64,000 nt of DNA from Candidatus Poribacteria bacterium (GTDB lineage: Bacteria > Poribacteria > WGA-4E > WGA-3G), in the NCBI GenBank assembly GCA_022828145.1, contig JAJEJA010000088.1, positions 40,100 to 104,099 of the forward strand. Reading direction: 5' to 3'. The notes under the pieces were generated by a model. The model was not told where the DNA came from. It saw only the letters and a list, made by a program, of their open reading frames with translations, and did not search any database. A program made the position numbers and the translations under genes. Within the stretch, counting starts at the first letter, position 1. Every line of letters begins with the position of its first letter. Shown piece by piece: positions 9,349 through 18,376 of this stretch.

Positions 9349-10881
9349 TTATGGTGTTTCTGATATACGCATTGAAAATAGACTTGCTCTGTTTAGGACA
9401 AAACGGAATCGCAAGGGTTGCGTAGCATTTTCTAAAGTTGTTGACTTCCACCGCATCGCATGTCGTATGTCATCACTTTTCATCGGAACACAGTCAATTA
9501 GTGAGAACCCTTGTTGAACCTTACCATCAGAGGATAATACTTCAACACGGATTTGTCCTCTGCTTGCATCAGCGTTAATTTCAAGTGAACCGTTCGGGAT
9601 TTTCAATGGAACAGTCTCAACCATGCCTTCGGTTGCCTCTGCATCAAGTGAGACGAATCCATCTAATCGCCATTTAGCAAGACCGATTGCTTTATGACGG
9701 TCCTTCATGGCAGCCCCGTGGGTATGCTCTGTCCCTGTATAATACCAGTGGATTTCATTGTCAGTAATAATGGGTTGTGTTGCAGTTCCCATAATCATAC
9801 CGGTATCATAAGTACCACTCTCGCCACGGGGAATAATCGGTGTTCGATCTGAATCGGGATAATCCCAATTGAAGCCGTCTCTACTACAAACGAGTTGTGC
9901 GTCAATCGGTCCGTCAACAGGAATTTCATGTTCAGCTGCACCGGGACCTGTCACATACAACACCCCCGCTATACCGACATATATGTTGCCGTAGAGAAAA
10001 CCTGACATATTATGTATTTCAGCACGATCAGCACCGTATCTCTCCTTACCAACTTCGTCATCCTGATGTGTTGCACCGAACATCGGTTTGAGCTGTTTCC
10101 AAGGACCTTCTAAAGTAGGACTCTCAGTATATGCTATCATTCTGCGTGCATCTTTGTCATCACCGCGAATTAACGCATAAGCGCGGAACAGTTTACATCT
10201 ATCATCGTAAATTACATTGAAGGCCCCCTCGTTGTTTCGTTCCGCTACAGGCTTTAAATAGTCCGAATCATCCCAGCGAATTCCATCAGGAGAGGTAAGC
10301 AAAAAGACGTTTCGATACCTTCTACAAAAACCGATCATCTTATACCGTTTCTGGGGATCAGATTCATTGTCATCACGGAATACGCAGGCACCGTGTAAGT
10401 CCCACACGATGTTGTTGTTTGAATTCCCGTTAAACTCGAAAATACCGAGATTTGGTTTCGTCCATGTCAATCCATCATCGCTTTCTGCATAGCATGTGAG
10501 GTCACCCCGATCATTCTCAACAAACTTGCGTCCATACACATCATGGGTTTTCTTCTTGTATGTTGATGGGTTTCGGTCAGTACGCGGAACATAAAGACCG
10601 GGAATCTCATTCGCTGTAAATCGCCAATGCGGTCCCATACGGCACATATACCACATACGGTATTTTCCATACGCGGCATCATACATGGTTGTACCGTAAA
10701 GATGAACTCTTCTGGATTGGTCTGGACCTCCGTGTTCCCACGGGTTGTCGGGGTCTGGTACAAGCACTGGTACATCATGCTTTACACAGGGATGGAGTGT
10801 GCGTTTCACACCTGTTTTAGCGGCAATCAATTTGTCATCAATAAACAGTTCAGTGCTGTTGTTCAGTATATGTGTCATCAA
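9349..10881 (-). CDS. Glycoside-hydrolase-like beta-propeller protein with Asp-box (BNR) motifs; function unknown
   Basis: 510-aa ORF with no signal peptide. Asp-box-like motifs 'SDDGLTW' and 'SPDGIRW' are present. The N-terminal 'LFIDDKLIA...PWE...LYGTTMYD..GKYRMWY' resembles uncharacterised GH32/43/130-like propellers. Family assignment is tentative. Confidence 0.6.
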   Translation of the reverse strand: MMTHILNNSTELFIDDKLIAAKTGVKRTLHPCVKHDVPVLVPDPDNPWEHGGPDQSRRVHLYGTTMYDAAYGKYRMWYMCRMGPHWRFTANEIPGLYVPRTDRNPSTYKKKTHDVYGRKFVENDRGDLTCYAESDDGLTWTKPNLGIFEFNGNSNNNIVWDLHGACVFRDDNESDPQKRYKMIGFCRRYRNVFLLTSPDGIRWDDSDYLKPVAERNNEGAFNVIYDDRCKLFRAYALIRGDDKDARRMIAYTESPTLEGPWKQLKPMFGATHQDDEVGKERYGADRAEIHNMSGFLYGNIYVGIAGVLYVTGPGAAEHEIPVDGPIDAQLVCSRDGFNWDYPDSDRTPIIPRGESGTYDTGMIMGTATQPIITDNEIHWYYTGTEHTHGAAMKDRHKAIGLAKWRLDGFVSLDAEATEGMVETVPLKIPNGSLEINADASRGQIRVEVLSSDGKVQQGFSLIDCVPMKSDDIRHAMRWKSTTLENATQPLRFRFVLNRASLFSMRISETP

Positions 10882-10929
10882 ATTCAGTCTCTTCTTATTA
10901 CAGTGTATAATCAGTTTAAGAGTAGTTCT

Positions 10930-11754
10930 CTACCTGAGTTTGATTGCACTCCAAGTCGTTGCCAGTTTACCATTCGGTTGAACATCAAGTGTGTTCTCAA
11001 CCAAGTTTCCGATTTCATCTTTGTTTAGGACAGCATTATAGATTCTTGTATCTTCAACACGAGCGAATAAACTTCCGTAAGCTTTCCCGTTAATGAGTGC
11101 CCGTGGACCGAATAATGCTTCCACATCACCTTCTACCCAAGACACAATTGGTCCAAGTGTGTAGTTACCAATGATGTCTCCATTTCGGTATATTACAATT
11201 TTTGCAGTGCCACCATCGTCTTCATAAGATATTGCTAACTGGATGAGTTTGCCTGTTTCATTCTCTTCATAACCGGGAACAGCATCCTGTGTCCGTCTAA
11301 AGAAGCTGCTACCTGCCATCCACCGTTTCGGTTGCCGTTCTGCATAGACAATTGCATCAAAAGTATCTCCACTACTTTTATTCACCGCAAGAGGTGCCCC
11401 GTGTGTTACATTAAGGTTATCAAGGTATATCCATGCGACTAATGTTTTATCGGGACCAATTCTTGGACCTTTGTATCCTGTGGTAATCGCCCATTTATTA
11501 TCACTGATATGCAATTTCCCATCCTTTATTTCGGCACCTCTGAGTTCTATATCTCCAAAATGACCTGTAAGGTCTTTGTGTTCTACTCCATTTTCATAAG
11601 TCCAGTGTCCAATTAGATCGTCTTCCTTCTCATTCTGTCCAATTGCTGTTGACGAGTAGAAGCAAAATAGACATAATACTAAGGAGATGGAAGCGGAAGC
11701 GTTTCGTCTATATTTCACAGTTGATTTCCCCTTATATTCTTTTGTTTTTTCCAT
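10930..11754 (-). CDS. Secreted LamG/concanavalin-A-like lectin-fold protein with C-terminal 'GKLATTWSAIK' motif
   Basis: 274-aa ORF with signal peptide 'ISLVLCLFCFYSSTAIG'. The LamG-like body includes 'TLVAWIYLDNL...FDAIVY' and 'RIYNAVLNKDEI'. The protein ends in '...NGKLATTWSAIKLR'. Confidence 0.75.
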   Translation of the reverse strand: MEKTKEYKGKSTVKYRRNASASISLVLCLFCFYSSTAIGQNEKEDDLIGHWTYENGVEHKDLTGHFGDIELRGAEIKDGKLHISDNKWAITTGYKGPRIGPDKTLVAWIYLDNLNVTHGAPLAVNKSSGDTFDAIVYAERQPKRWMAGSSFFRRTQDAVPGYEENETGKLIQLAISYEDDGGTAKIVIYRNGDIIGNYTLGPIVSWVEGDVEALFGPRALINGKAYGSLFARVEDTRIYNAVLNKDEIGNLVENTLDVQPNGKLATTWSAIKLR

Positions 11755-11839
11755 GCTTTAGAAGAGATTTGAAGGTGATTTTTTTTAAGAATAATTCCGC
11801 ACCTGAACTTATTTCCGACGCTGACGTTGACAGTGTATT

Positions 11840-11899
11840 ATCGTAGAGGGTGAGATCTCCTCGTCCTTTTAGTGGACAAGGAGACCGCTCCTCTACGAT
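11840..11899. repeat. Imperfect long palindrome (GTAG-headed, family-2-like) downstream of the 11944 gene
   Basis: 'atcgtagagggtgagatctcctcgtcc' faces 'ggacaaggagaccgctcctctacgat'. It could serve as a transcript-end hairpin for the upstream LamG gene. Confidence 0.65.
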
Positions 11900-11943
11900 G
11901 AGACAATACATCGTGGGTGTGGAGACTCCACTCCAACGTCAAA

Positions 11944-12726
11944 CTATTTTAGTGCAGCCCATGTAGTAGTGAGTTTACCTCTGCTTTCAACAGAAAGACC
12001 ACCCGCTGCTAAATCTGTGATTTCTGCAGCACTTAACGTGCGATCAAAAATCATGACATCGTCTATGATACCTTTGAAATATCTCGTGCCACAGCATTCG
12101 TCCCATCCGAATTTCAGATTAATGACTGTCTGCTCAACGTGTGGAATTTCATTGTCAGCGGAATCCAGAGTTCCACTGTCTCTGTCGTAGACATAACTGG
12201 TAGCTTTATCTTCTGCGATTGCGATGGCAACTAACGCCCATCTGTCTTGGGGAAACGCGGGTGCACCTTTCCAACCCCAGGTCTCACCGGAGTTATTATT
12301 CCACACATAAGTCAATGTGTCGTTGTCTGCAATCCCCAACCAAAATGTTGTATCACTACGACCGACAACTACACCTGACCACGGGATTGTTCTCCAACCG
12401 TTAACTCTTGCTGCAACAGTGATTTCTGTGGTAACCAGTTCAAATCCAGCATCAACAACCGCGTGTCCACCATTGCCATCTACTTCCATAGCACCGTTGA
12501 TCCATCCATTCGTCACCCATTTTGCACCAGTTTCCAATGTTGCATCATTTCCATTACCTGATTCGTCTTTACCATTACCATCCAAGGGCCAATATCCCAC
12601 GAGATTATCCGAAAGACCGGCAGTCAATACGACACTTGGTGATAGTATAATGGTTAAGATTATTACCGTCATAAATGTCTTTCTATATGTCACCTTTTCC
12701 TCCTTTTCTGATTTTGACTCCATCAC
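11944..12726 (-). CDS. Secreted LamG (Laminin_G_3-like) domain protein with C-terminal 'GKLTTTWAALK' motif
   Basis: 260-aa ORF with a TM/signal segment 'FMTVIILTIILSPSVVLTAG'. It carries the classic LamG_3 opening 'LVGYWPLDGNGKDESGNGNDATL' and 'DDVMIFDRTLSAAEI', and ends in '...SRGKLTTTWAALK'. Confidence 0.8.
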   Translation of the reverse strand: MMESKSEKEEKVTYRKTFMTVIILTIILSPSVVLTAGLSDNLVGYWPLDGNGKDESGNGNDATLETGAKWVTNGWINGAMEVDGNGGHAVVDAGFELVTTEITVAARVNGWRTIPWSGVVVGRSDTTFWLGIADNDTLTYVWNNNSGETWGWKGAPAFPQDRWALVAIAIAEDKATSYVYDRDSGTLDSADNEIPHVEQTVINLKFGWDECCGTRYFKGIIDDVMIFDRTLSAAEITDLAAGGLSVESRGKLTTTWAALK

Positions 12727-12878
12727 CGTAGATGGAGAGTGGAGATGTGATTTCTGTATCGTAAAATATCAAACGATGTTATACTTAAAGAAACACTTCA
12801 TCACTCATAACGTGTGTATCATACATCAGAAATTAGTTTCATGCAAGAAAAATCATCATGGATTAGAAAGGTTACACT

Positions 12879-13826
12879 ATGCAACAGGATTTCATTCAAG
12901 CACTTGAAAATGATGACATTAAGAGTATCAAGTCATTTCCTAAAACAGATGTTCATAGTCATGTCATGTTTAGTACACACCGACAGAATGTGGAACGTTG
13001 GCTTGGACAATCTCTGGTTAAACCTCCCTCTAAAATGGAGGGTCTTGAGGGTATGCTTACTTATGTTGGGAAAATATTAATTCCGCATATAAGAAATCGA
13101 CACGGTTTTGAATTTGTTGCCGATTCAGCAGTTAAGGATGCGATACAGGATGGGGTTGTCCTTCTTGAAATTAGTTTTGATATTCGTATCGCAGAATTTT
13201 ATTCAGATGGACTACAGCAGTTCTATGACTACGTTCAGAATTTAGTTAAAAAGTATCGTCAACAGGTTGAGTTGCGTCCAGAATTAGGTTTTTCTCGAAA
13301 ATGTGCTGATGATACAAACTTAGTGAGATTAACATATAAGGCGATTGAGTCTGGGGTATTTCATTCAATTGACCTATATAGTCATCAGGATGCATGTCCT
13401 CCGGAAGCAGTGGAGCCTCTGTATAGAGAAGCGGGTAAACGTGGCATGAAGTTGAAAGCACATGTCGGTGAATTCGGAGGAGCTGAAGAGGTCAGAAGAA
13501 CCGTTGAAGTCCTCCGTTTAGACGAGGTTCAGCACGGTATTGCCGCTATAGAATCAGAAGAAGTCATGAAATGGCTTGCTGAGAACAACATACAGTTGAA
13601 TGTTTGTCCTACCAGTAATGTGATGTTGTGTGCGGTGCAAGATATTGATTCCCATCCCATTCGCGTCCTGTTTGACAACGGTGTTCCTGTGACAATCAAC
13701 ACCGATGATCTGATGATTTTCGATCAGTCTGTATCTGATGAGTATCGAAATCTTTATCAAGCGGGTGTATTCAGTGCAGAAGAATTAGACAGTATTCGTA
13801 GATCATCGCTACGTTCCGTAGGCTAA
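12879..13826 (+). CDS. Adenosine/AMP-deaminase-family metal-dependent hydrolase
   Basis: 315-aa ORF with the ordered motifs 'DVHSHV' (HxH), 'KAHVGEF', 'VQHGI', 'CPTSN' and 'TINTDD', as in the adenosine deaminase superfamily. Substrate unknown. Confidence 0.75.
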   Translation: MQQDFIQALENDDIKSIKSFPKTDVHSHVMFSTHRQNVERWLGQSLVKPPSKMEGLEGMLTYVGKILIPHIRNRHGFEFVADSAVKDAIQDGVVLLEISFDIRIAEFYSDGLQQFYDYVQNLVKKYRQQVELRPELGFSRKCADDTNLVRLTYKAIESGVFHSIDLYSHQDACPPEAVEPLYREAGKRGMKLKAHVGEFGGAEEVRRTVEVLRLDEVQHGIAAIESEEVMKWLAENNIQLNVCPTSNVMLCAVQDIDSHPIRVLFDNGVPVTINTDDLMIFDQSVSDEYRNLYQAGVFSAEELDSIRRSSLRSVG

Positions 13827-13842
13827 TACTGCGTATAGTGTT

Positions 13843-15222
13843 CTACTGCAAACCTGCAAGTTTTTTCAATACATTGTGTGTAATCCTTTCAACAACCGCG
13901 TCTCCCCCTGCTAATCCGTGTGACCAGTCAGTTGTAGCTGCGGTAAAGACAGTGCCACCTTTTGTGTAGATACCCATCGTTGCTGCACCTGTATGTCCTT
14001 TTTCCCATCGTTCATACCATTCACAATCATCTGGATGCCATCGGACAGGTGCAGTTGCGAGAATTGTAAACCCTTCAGGTGTACCGTCTTTATAGGTTGG
14101 TACCGGTGATCCATCTTTAATTGTAAATTCACATCCATCACACTCGTACCCCACAATGGTATTCTGCCCACCAAATTTTTGGTCTTGTTTCAAGTCTGTT
14201 CTTTCAAACACCCAGTGTTCTGGACGGTGTGCAGTATAAGCTCCGTCCCCGTCCATAAATTGTCCGTGACTCAGGTGATAACCTCCTTGAAGGAATCCGA
14301 CACCAGTGAGTTGATTTTCGGGACGATTTACCAGATGATGGCTCCACAGCGTGCTCAATGTGCTATAGTCATCGGTTTTGTAGATTGGGTCTAAGTTGAA
14401 ACTCTGTTTCCAACAGACTAATGCGCGTCCTTCATCTTCTGACCGCACCTGCCAACAGACTGAATTCCCGCTGAAGAACGCTGCGTTACCACCATTTGCA
14501 ATATAAGTCTCAAGATTATCACGCATCGGTGCTGACCAGTATTCGTCATGACCAACACTCAATACCAATTTATAGTGTTCCAGTATATCAGGATGAAACT
14601 CCAGATCACTATTGGCAGCATAATCCAATATGTATCCGTTCTGTTCTGCCCAGACAATAAAGGGTAATTCCCAGTTTCTGAAAATCCCATCGGTTGGTCG
14701 GTTAAATGAGACGCGATTTCCCTGTAGTGTGTTCTGTCCGTGATATCCGTAAAGGCTGAAACCGCCCCAATTGTTATAGGCATTGTAGGTGTTTGTAGAG
14801 AGTTGGAGTAAAATAGGTGTATTTACGCCAGGCTCTGCTGCACGAACTATAAAGAATAGTGAACTTTCTGCGGTACGATGATTTCTATAGATGGTATCAC
14901 CACCGCCATCTGATGCGCGGAGTATTGCTTCATAATAGCCGCTTTTCCAATCTTCTGGCACTTCAAGTTTAAAAGTAGGATTCCATCCGCATCCATGTGA
15001 TGAAGCATTGATAGGAATGGGTTGTGCCTGCCCGGGAATTCCTGATTCGTTGAATACGGTCTCACGCGTTACCCCGATACGTGCAATCTCCAGTGCATAT
15101 TGTCCAGCACTCGTTGACACGTTAAAGGCGATTTCTTCTCCAGGGGCATAACTGAGTTGATCCGTGTATCCATCTATGTAAAGCGGTCTTATCTGATTTT
15201 CGATTTGTGATAGTGTTGACAT
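13843..15222 (-). CDS. N,N-dimethylformamidase beta-subunit-like (DUF6605-type) protein
   Basis: 459-aa ORF with a strong SD (the reverse complement reads 'gggaggagg' before the ATG). The segment 'LQLSTNTYNAYNNWGGFSLYG' and the later 'GHDEYWS' are what I recall for this family. Assignment is moderate. Confidence 0.65.
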   Translation of the reverse strand: MSTLSQIENQIRPLYIDGYTDQLSYAPGEEIAFNVSTSAGQYALEIARIGVTRETVFNESGIPGQAQPIPINASSHGCGWNPTFKLEVPEDWKSGYYEAILRASDGGGDTIYRNHRTAESSLFFIVRAAEPGVNTPILLQLSTNTYNAYNNWGGFSLYGYHGQNTLQGNRVSFNRPTDGIFRNWELPFIVWAEQNGYILDYAANSDLEFHPDILEHYKLVLSVGHDEYWSAPMRDNLETYIANGGNAAFFSGNSVCWQVRSEDEGRALVCWKQSFNLDPIYKTDDYSTLSTLWSHHLVNRPENQLTGVGFLQGGYHLSHGQFMDGDGAYTAHRPEHWVFERTDLKQDQKFGGQNTIVGYECDGCEFTIKDGSPVPTYKDGTPEGFTILATAPVRWHPDDCEWYERWEKGHTGAATMGIYTKGGTVFTAATTDWSHGLAGGDAVVERITHNVLKKLAGLQ

Positions 15223-15376
15223 GTTGCCTCCTCCCTATTTTGGTAACATATCACTTTTAAATAAAAAAGTCAATTGCTATATTGCTATCAAAAGAGTAGT
15301 CATTTATCCGAAAAAGTGCTATAATTAGAAATGGTATAAGAATAAAATTAAGAATGGTTGAGATGAAGGAGAAAAA

Positions 15377-16234
15377 ATGGAAACAGAAGCGAAACAATCC
15401 CTACCGCTATCTTCTGAACAGATGGCACAATGGGAGAATGATGGATATCTCCTATTAAAAGACGTTGTCCCAATGGCGGAAATCAATGGTGTCCGTGATA
15501 GGTTTAACCACGTCGTTGATGGTATCATACAACAGCTGAAAGAGCAGGATATTGTTGAGGAAGATGGTGCGGAACTTCCATTTGAAACAAGATATTGGAA
15601 GGTTGCAGGTGAACACGCGAATCGCTTTGGTCGTTCGTGGCGTGGTCAGATTGCTACCTCTGAGATATTCGATCTACACTACGCAGGTCCGCTTGTTGAT
15701 GCTATCGCTCAACTGACAGGAACAGATGTGATCGGACATCCAGTTTTCAATGCGCGTCCGAAACTTCCAGGACAACAATTAACTGTTGTTCCATGGCACC
15801 AAGATAGCGGTTATTTCGGTACTGTCAGTGAACAATCGCTTATCCCTACAGCTTGGATTCCACTCGTCCCTGTGGATGAGACGAACGGTTGTCTTCAGGT
15901 TGTTGCAGGTTCACATAAGTTAGGTGTGGTTAATCACCATACAGAAAATCGTGAAGGCAAGTTTCTTGAAGTATTGGATAGTCTTGTAGATGAGGAAAAA
16001 ATTGTAACGTGTCAGATGGATATTGGTGATGCGTTGGTGTTCAATAACCTTACACTTCACCGCTCCCTACCCCACACGACAAGTGAGATTATACGGTGGG
16101 CAATTGACATCCGATATCTACGTGATGGTGACCATCCAGGTTCAATCTATTGGAAAGACCCTGACTTCAAATGGGTTATTCGTAGCCAAACTGAATCTGT
16201 GACAACACTTGAACAGTGGTTAAAAATGTGGTAG
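15377..16234 (+). CDS. Phytanoyl-CoA dioxygenase (PhyH) family Fe(II)/2-oxoglutarate oxygenase
   Basis: 285-aa ORF with 'LSSEQMAQWENDGYLLLKDVV', the iron-ligand context 'WHQDSGY', 'GSHKLG' and 'LHRS'. Confidence 0.85.
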   Translation: METEAKQSLPLSSEQMAQWENDGYLLLKDVVPMAEINGVRDRFNHVVDGIIQQLKEQDIVEEDGAELPFETRYWKVAGEHANRFGRSWRGQIATSEIFDLHYAGPLVDAIAQLTGTDVIGHPVFNARPKLPGQQLTVVPWHQDSGYFGTVSEQSLIPTAWIPLVPVDETNGCLQVVAGSHKLGVVNHHTENREGKFLEVLDSLVDEEKIVTCQMDIGDALVFNNLTLHRSLPHTTSEIIRWAIDIRYLRDGDHPGSIYWKDPDFKWVIRSQTESVTTLEQWLKMW

Positions 16235-16282
16235 AGAGTCTATTTGAACTCAGTTTTCACAATAGAGAAAGAGAATTGCCTA

Positions 16283-17287
16283 ATGCGTGTTCCATTTCAA
16301 ACATTATGTGATACGTTCTATCGTGTGCTAACATCTGTAGGTTATACCGGTGAGAATGCAAGATTATGTGCCACTTTATTTGCAGAAAATCAACGCGATG
16401 GTGTTTATTCACATGGTCTGAACCGTTTTCCGGGATTCGTGTCAGGACTGCATAGCAAACAGATAGATTACCATGCGACGCCTGTGAAAATTGAGAGTTT
16501 CGGTGCATTGGAACGATGGGATGGTAAGATGGGGGTTGGACTTGTCAATGCACATTTCTGTATGGATCGGACTATGACGTTGGCAGAAAAACACAGCATA
16601 GGTTGTATTGGATTGTCTAACACAAATCACTGGATGCGTGGCGGTGCTTATGCACTTCAAGCTGCGGAAGCGGGGTTTATCGGTATATGTTGGACAAACA
16701 CTACGAAACTCATGCCACCTTGGGGTTCTGCAGAGAAAAGCATTGGAAATAACCCCATGGCAATTGCTATTCCACGCGAGGAGGGACACATCCTGCTTGA
16801 TATGGCGATGAGTCAGTATTCAAACGGTAAATTAGAAGTGTTAAAGATACAGGATAAGACGTTACCACTGCCCGGAGGTTATGATACTTCTGGAAATCTT
16901 TCAGTTGACCCCGCAGAAATACTCAAATCGAGAAGAGCACTCCCTATCGGTTATTGGAAAGGTTCAGGTTTAGCATTAGTGCTTGATACGCTTGCTGCTG
17001 TAATTTCAGGGGGCCAAGCCACACATCAGATAGCAGAACAGAAATCTGAATATGCTGTTTCACAGGTCTACATCGCCATTAATGCTTCTGGTATGATGGG
17101 AGCTGGGATTTTGAACGAGACTGTAGAAGCAATAATTAAAGACTTTCACAGTGCAGCACCTTTAGACGAAAACGAAACAGTCCGATATCCAGGTGAAGGT
17201 ATGCTACGAACACGTCTGGAGAGTCTTGAAAAGGGCGTGCTTGTGGACGAAAAACAGTGGCAGCAATTGTTGGAAATGCAAAGGTAA
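16283..17287 (+). CDS. dlgD: Ldh_2-family dehydrogenase, closest in pattern to 3-dehydro-L-gulonate 2-dehydrogenase (YiaK/DlgD)
   Basis: Based on ORF 16244-17287 (TTG), with ATG 16283 preferred ('MRVPFQTL'). 'GVYSHGLNRFPGFV', 'NTNHWMRGGAY', 'GFIGICWTNT', 'MPPWG', 'GNNPMAIAIP' and 'GYWKGSGLALVLD' follow the E. coli YiaK pattern as I remember it. Confidence 0.85.
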   Translation: MRVPFQTLCDTFYRVLTSVGYTGENARLCATLFAENQRDGVYSHGLNRFPGFVSGLHSKQIDYHATPVKIESFGALERWDGKMGVGLVNAHFCMDRTMTLAEKHSIGCIGLSNTNHWMRGGAYALQAAEAGFIGICWTNTTKLMPPWGSAEKSIGNNPMAIAIPREEGHILLDMAMSQYSNGKLEVLKIQDKTLPLPGGYDTSGNLSVDPAEILKSRRALPIGYWKGSGLALVLDTLAAVISGGQATHQIAEQKSEYAVSQVYIAINASGMMGAGILNETVEAIIKDFHSAAPLDENETVRYPGEGMLRTRLESLEKGVLVDEKQWQQLLEMQR

Positions 17288-17334
17288 TCTATCCATTCAA
17301 TTCTTAACGATTCAAAACAGGAGCAAACAACTTA

Positions 17335-18186
17335 ATGAAATTTGCGTTTTTTGATGATTACAAACTCGGTGTTATATCTGATGATGGGATTGTTGACATA
17401 AGCGAGGCTTTATCAGAAATCTCATATCATTCACCGCAAGAGCTGATTCAGACTGTGATTATAGACTATCACAGTCTTCTCCCGAAGATTGCGGATGCAG
17501 TAAGGAACGGTTCGCCAAAACCCTTAGAGCGTATCCGTTTTAAAGCACCATTACCACAACCTGGGCAACTTGTTTGTCTTGCAGGTAATTATATTGAACC
17601 TGATAGTCCTTCTCGTGGTGAGTTTAACGCATTTTTAAAATCACCTACCAGTGTTATCTCAACGAGAGAAACAGTGCGACTCCCTGAAGCAGATGTTACT
17701 GTATTTCACTTTGAACCTGAATTAGCAATTGTAATAGGTAAGACAGCAAAACATCTGACTGAAGACAACGCGCTTGATTGTGTATTTGGTTACACACAAT
17801 TTATTGATGTCTCTGCGCGGGGATTGCCAGGAGGATTCTTTTTAGGGAAGAGCTGGCACACATTTGCACCGATGGGACCCGTTCTCGTGACAGCAGATGA
17901 GGTTGCAGATCCGAACGCGCTTGATGTCCATCTTTGGATAAATGATAGACTTCAACATGATTTCTCTACGAACTCAATGGCACGATTTGTCCCTGAGTTA
18001 CTTGCTGAGGTGACGAACGTACTCACGCTTCAGCCGGGGGATGTTGTTTCTACCGGTACACACCATGAGGCACTGACAGCAGTCGGTGATGGGGATACGG
18101 TGCGCTTAGCCATTGAGGGGTTCGGTCCGGAGTTGCTCGTTGATGTCTACGACCCCCTAAAACGTACAACCTGGCGTACAACCTAA
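17335..18186 (+). CDS. Fumarylacetoacetate hydrolase (FAH) family protein
   Basis: 283-aa ORF with 'FEPELAIVIGKTAK', 'GYTQFIDVSAR', 'GKSWHTFAPMGPVLVT' and 'LQPGDVVSTGT'. Confidence 0.9.
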   Translation: MKFAFFDDYKLGVISDDGIVDISEALSEISYHSPQELIQTVIIDYHSLLPKIADAVRNGSPKPLERIRFKAPLPQPGQLVCLAGNYIEPDSPSRGEFNAFLKSPTSVISTRETVRLPEADVTVFHFEPELAIVIGKTAKHLTEDNALDCVFGYTQFIDVSARGLPGGFFLGKSWHTFAPMGPVLVTADEVADPNALDVHLWINDRLQHDFSTNSMARFVPELLAEVTNVLTLQPGDVVSTGTHHEALTAVGDGDTVRLAIEGFGPELLVDVYDPLKRTTWRTT

Positions 18187-18214
18187 CGAACAACTTGACG
18201 GGGGTAATAAAATA

Positions 18215-18244
18215 GTTGACAATGACGATGCTTTGCAGGTATAA
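18215..18244 (+). promoter_or_regulatory. Near-consensus sigma70-like promoter for the 18377 gene
   Basis: TTGACA (18215-18220), 18-bp spacer, TATAAT (18239-18244). Confidence 0.55.
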
Positions 18245-18376
18245 TTTTAAAAAATCAGGATTCATGAAATAAATGTAAGCATACATCTTTAAAACTTGGC
18301 AATAAACGATATTGTGAGTCAACACGAAATGTTTAGTTTGAACATACTATGTTCCTGACAAAAGGAGAAGGGATAA

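Noticed and set aside
12317-12907. 196-aa + strand ORF, and other long antisense ORFs such as 460-960, 964-1371, 62638-63186, 33465-33890 and 55407-55850
   Set aside because: Each lies opposite a gene with clear family motifs. They have Ser/Pro/Thr/Cys-rich composition typical of antisense frames, and no ribosome-binding sites.
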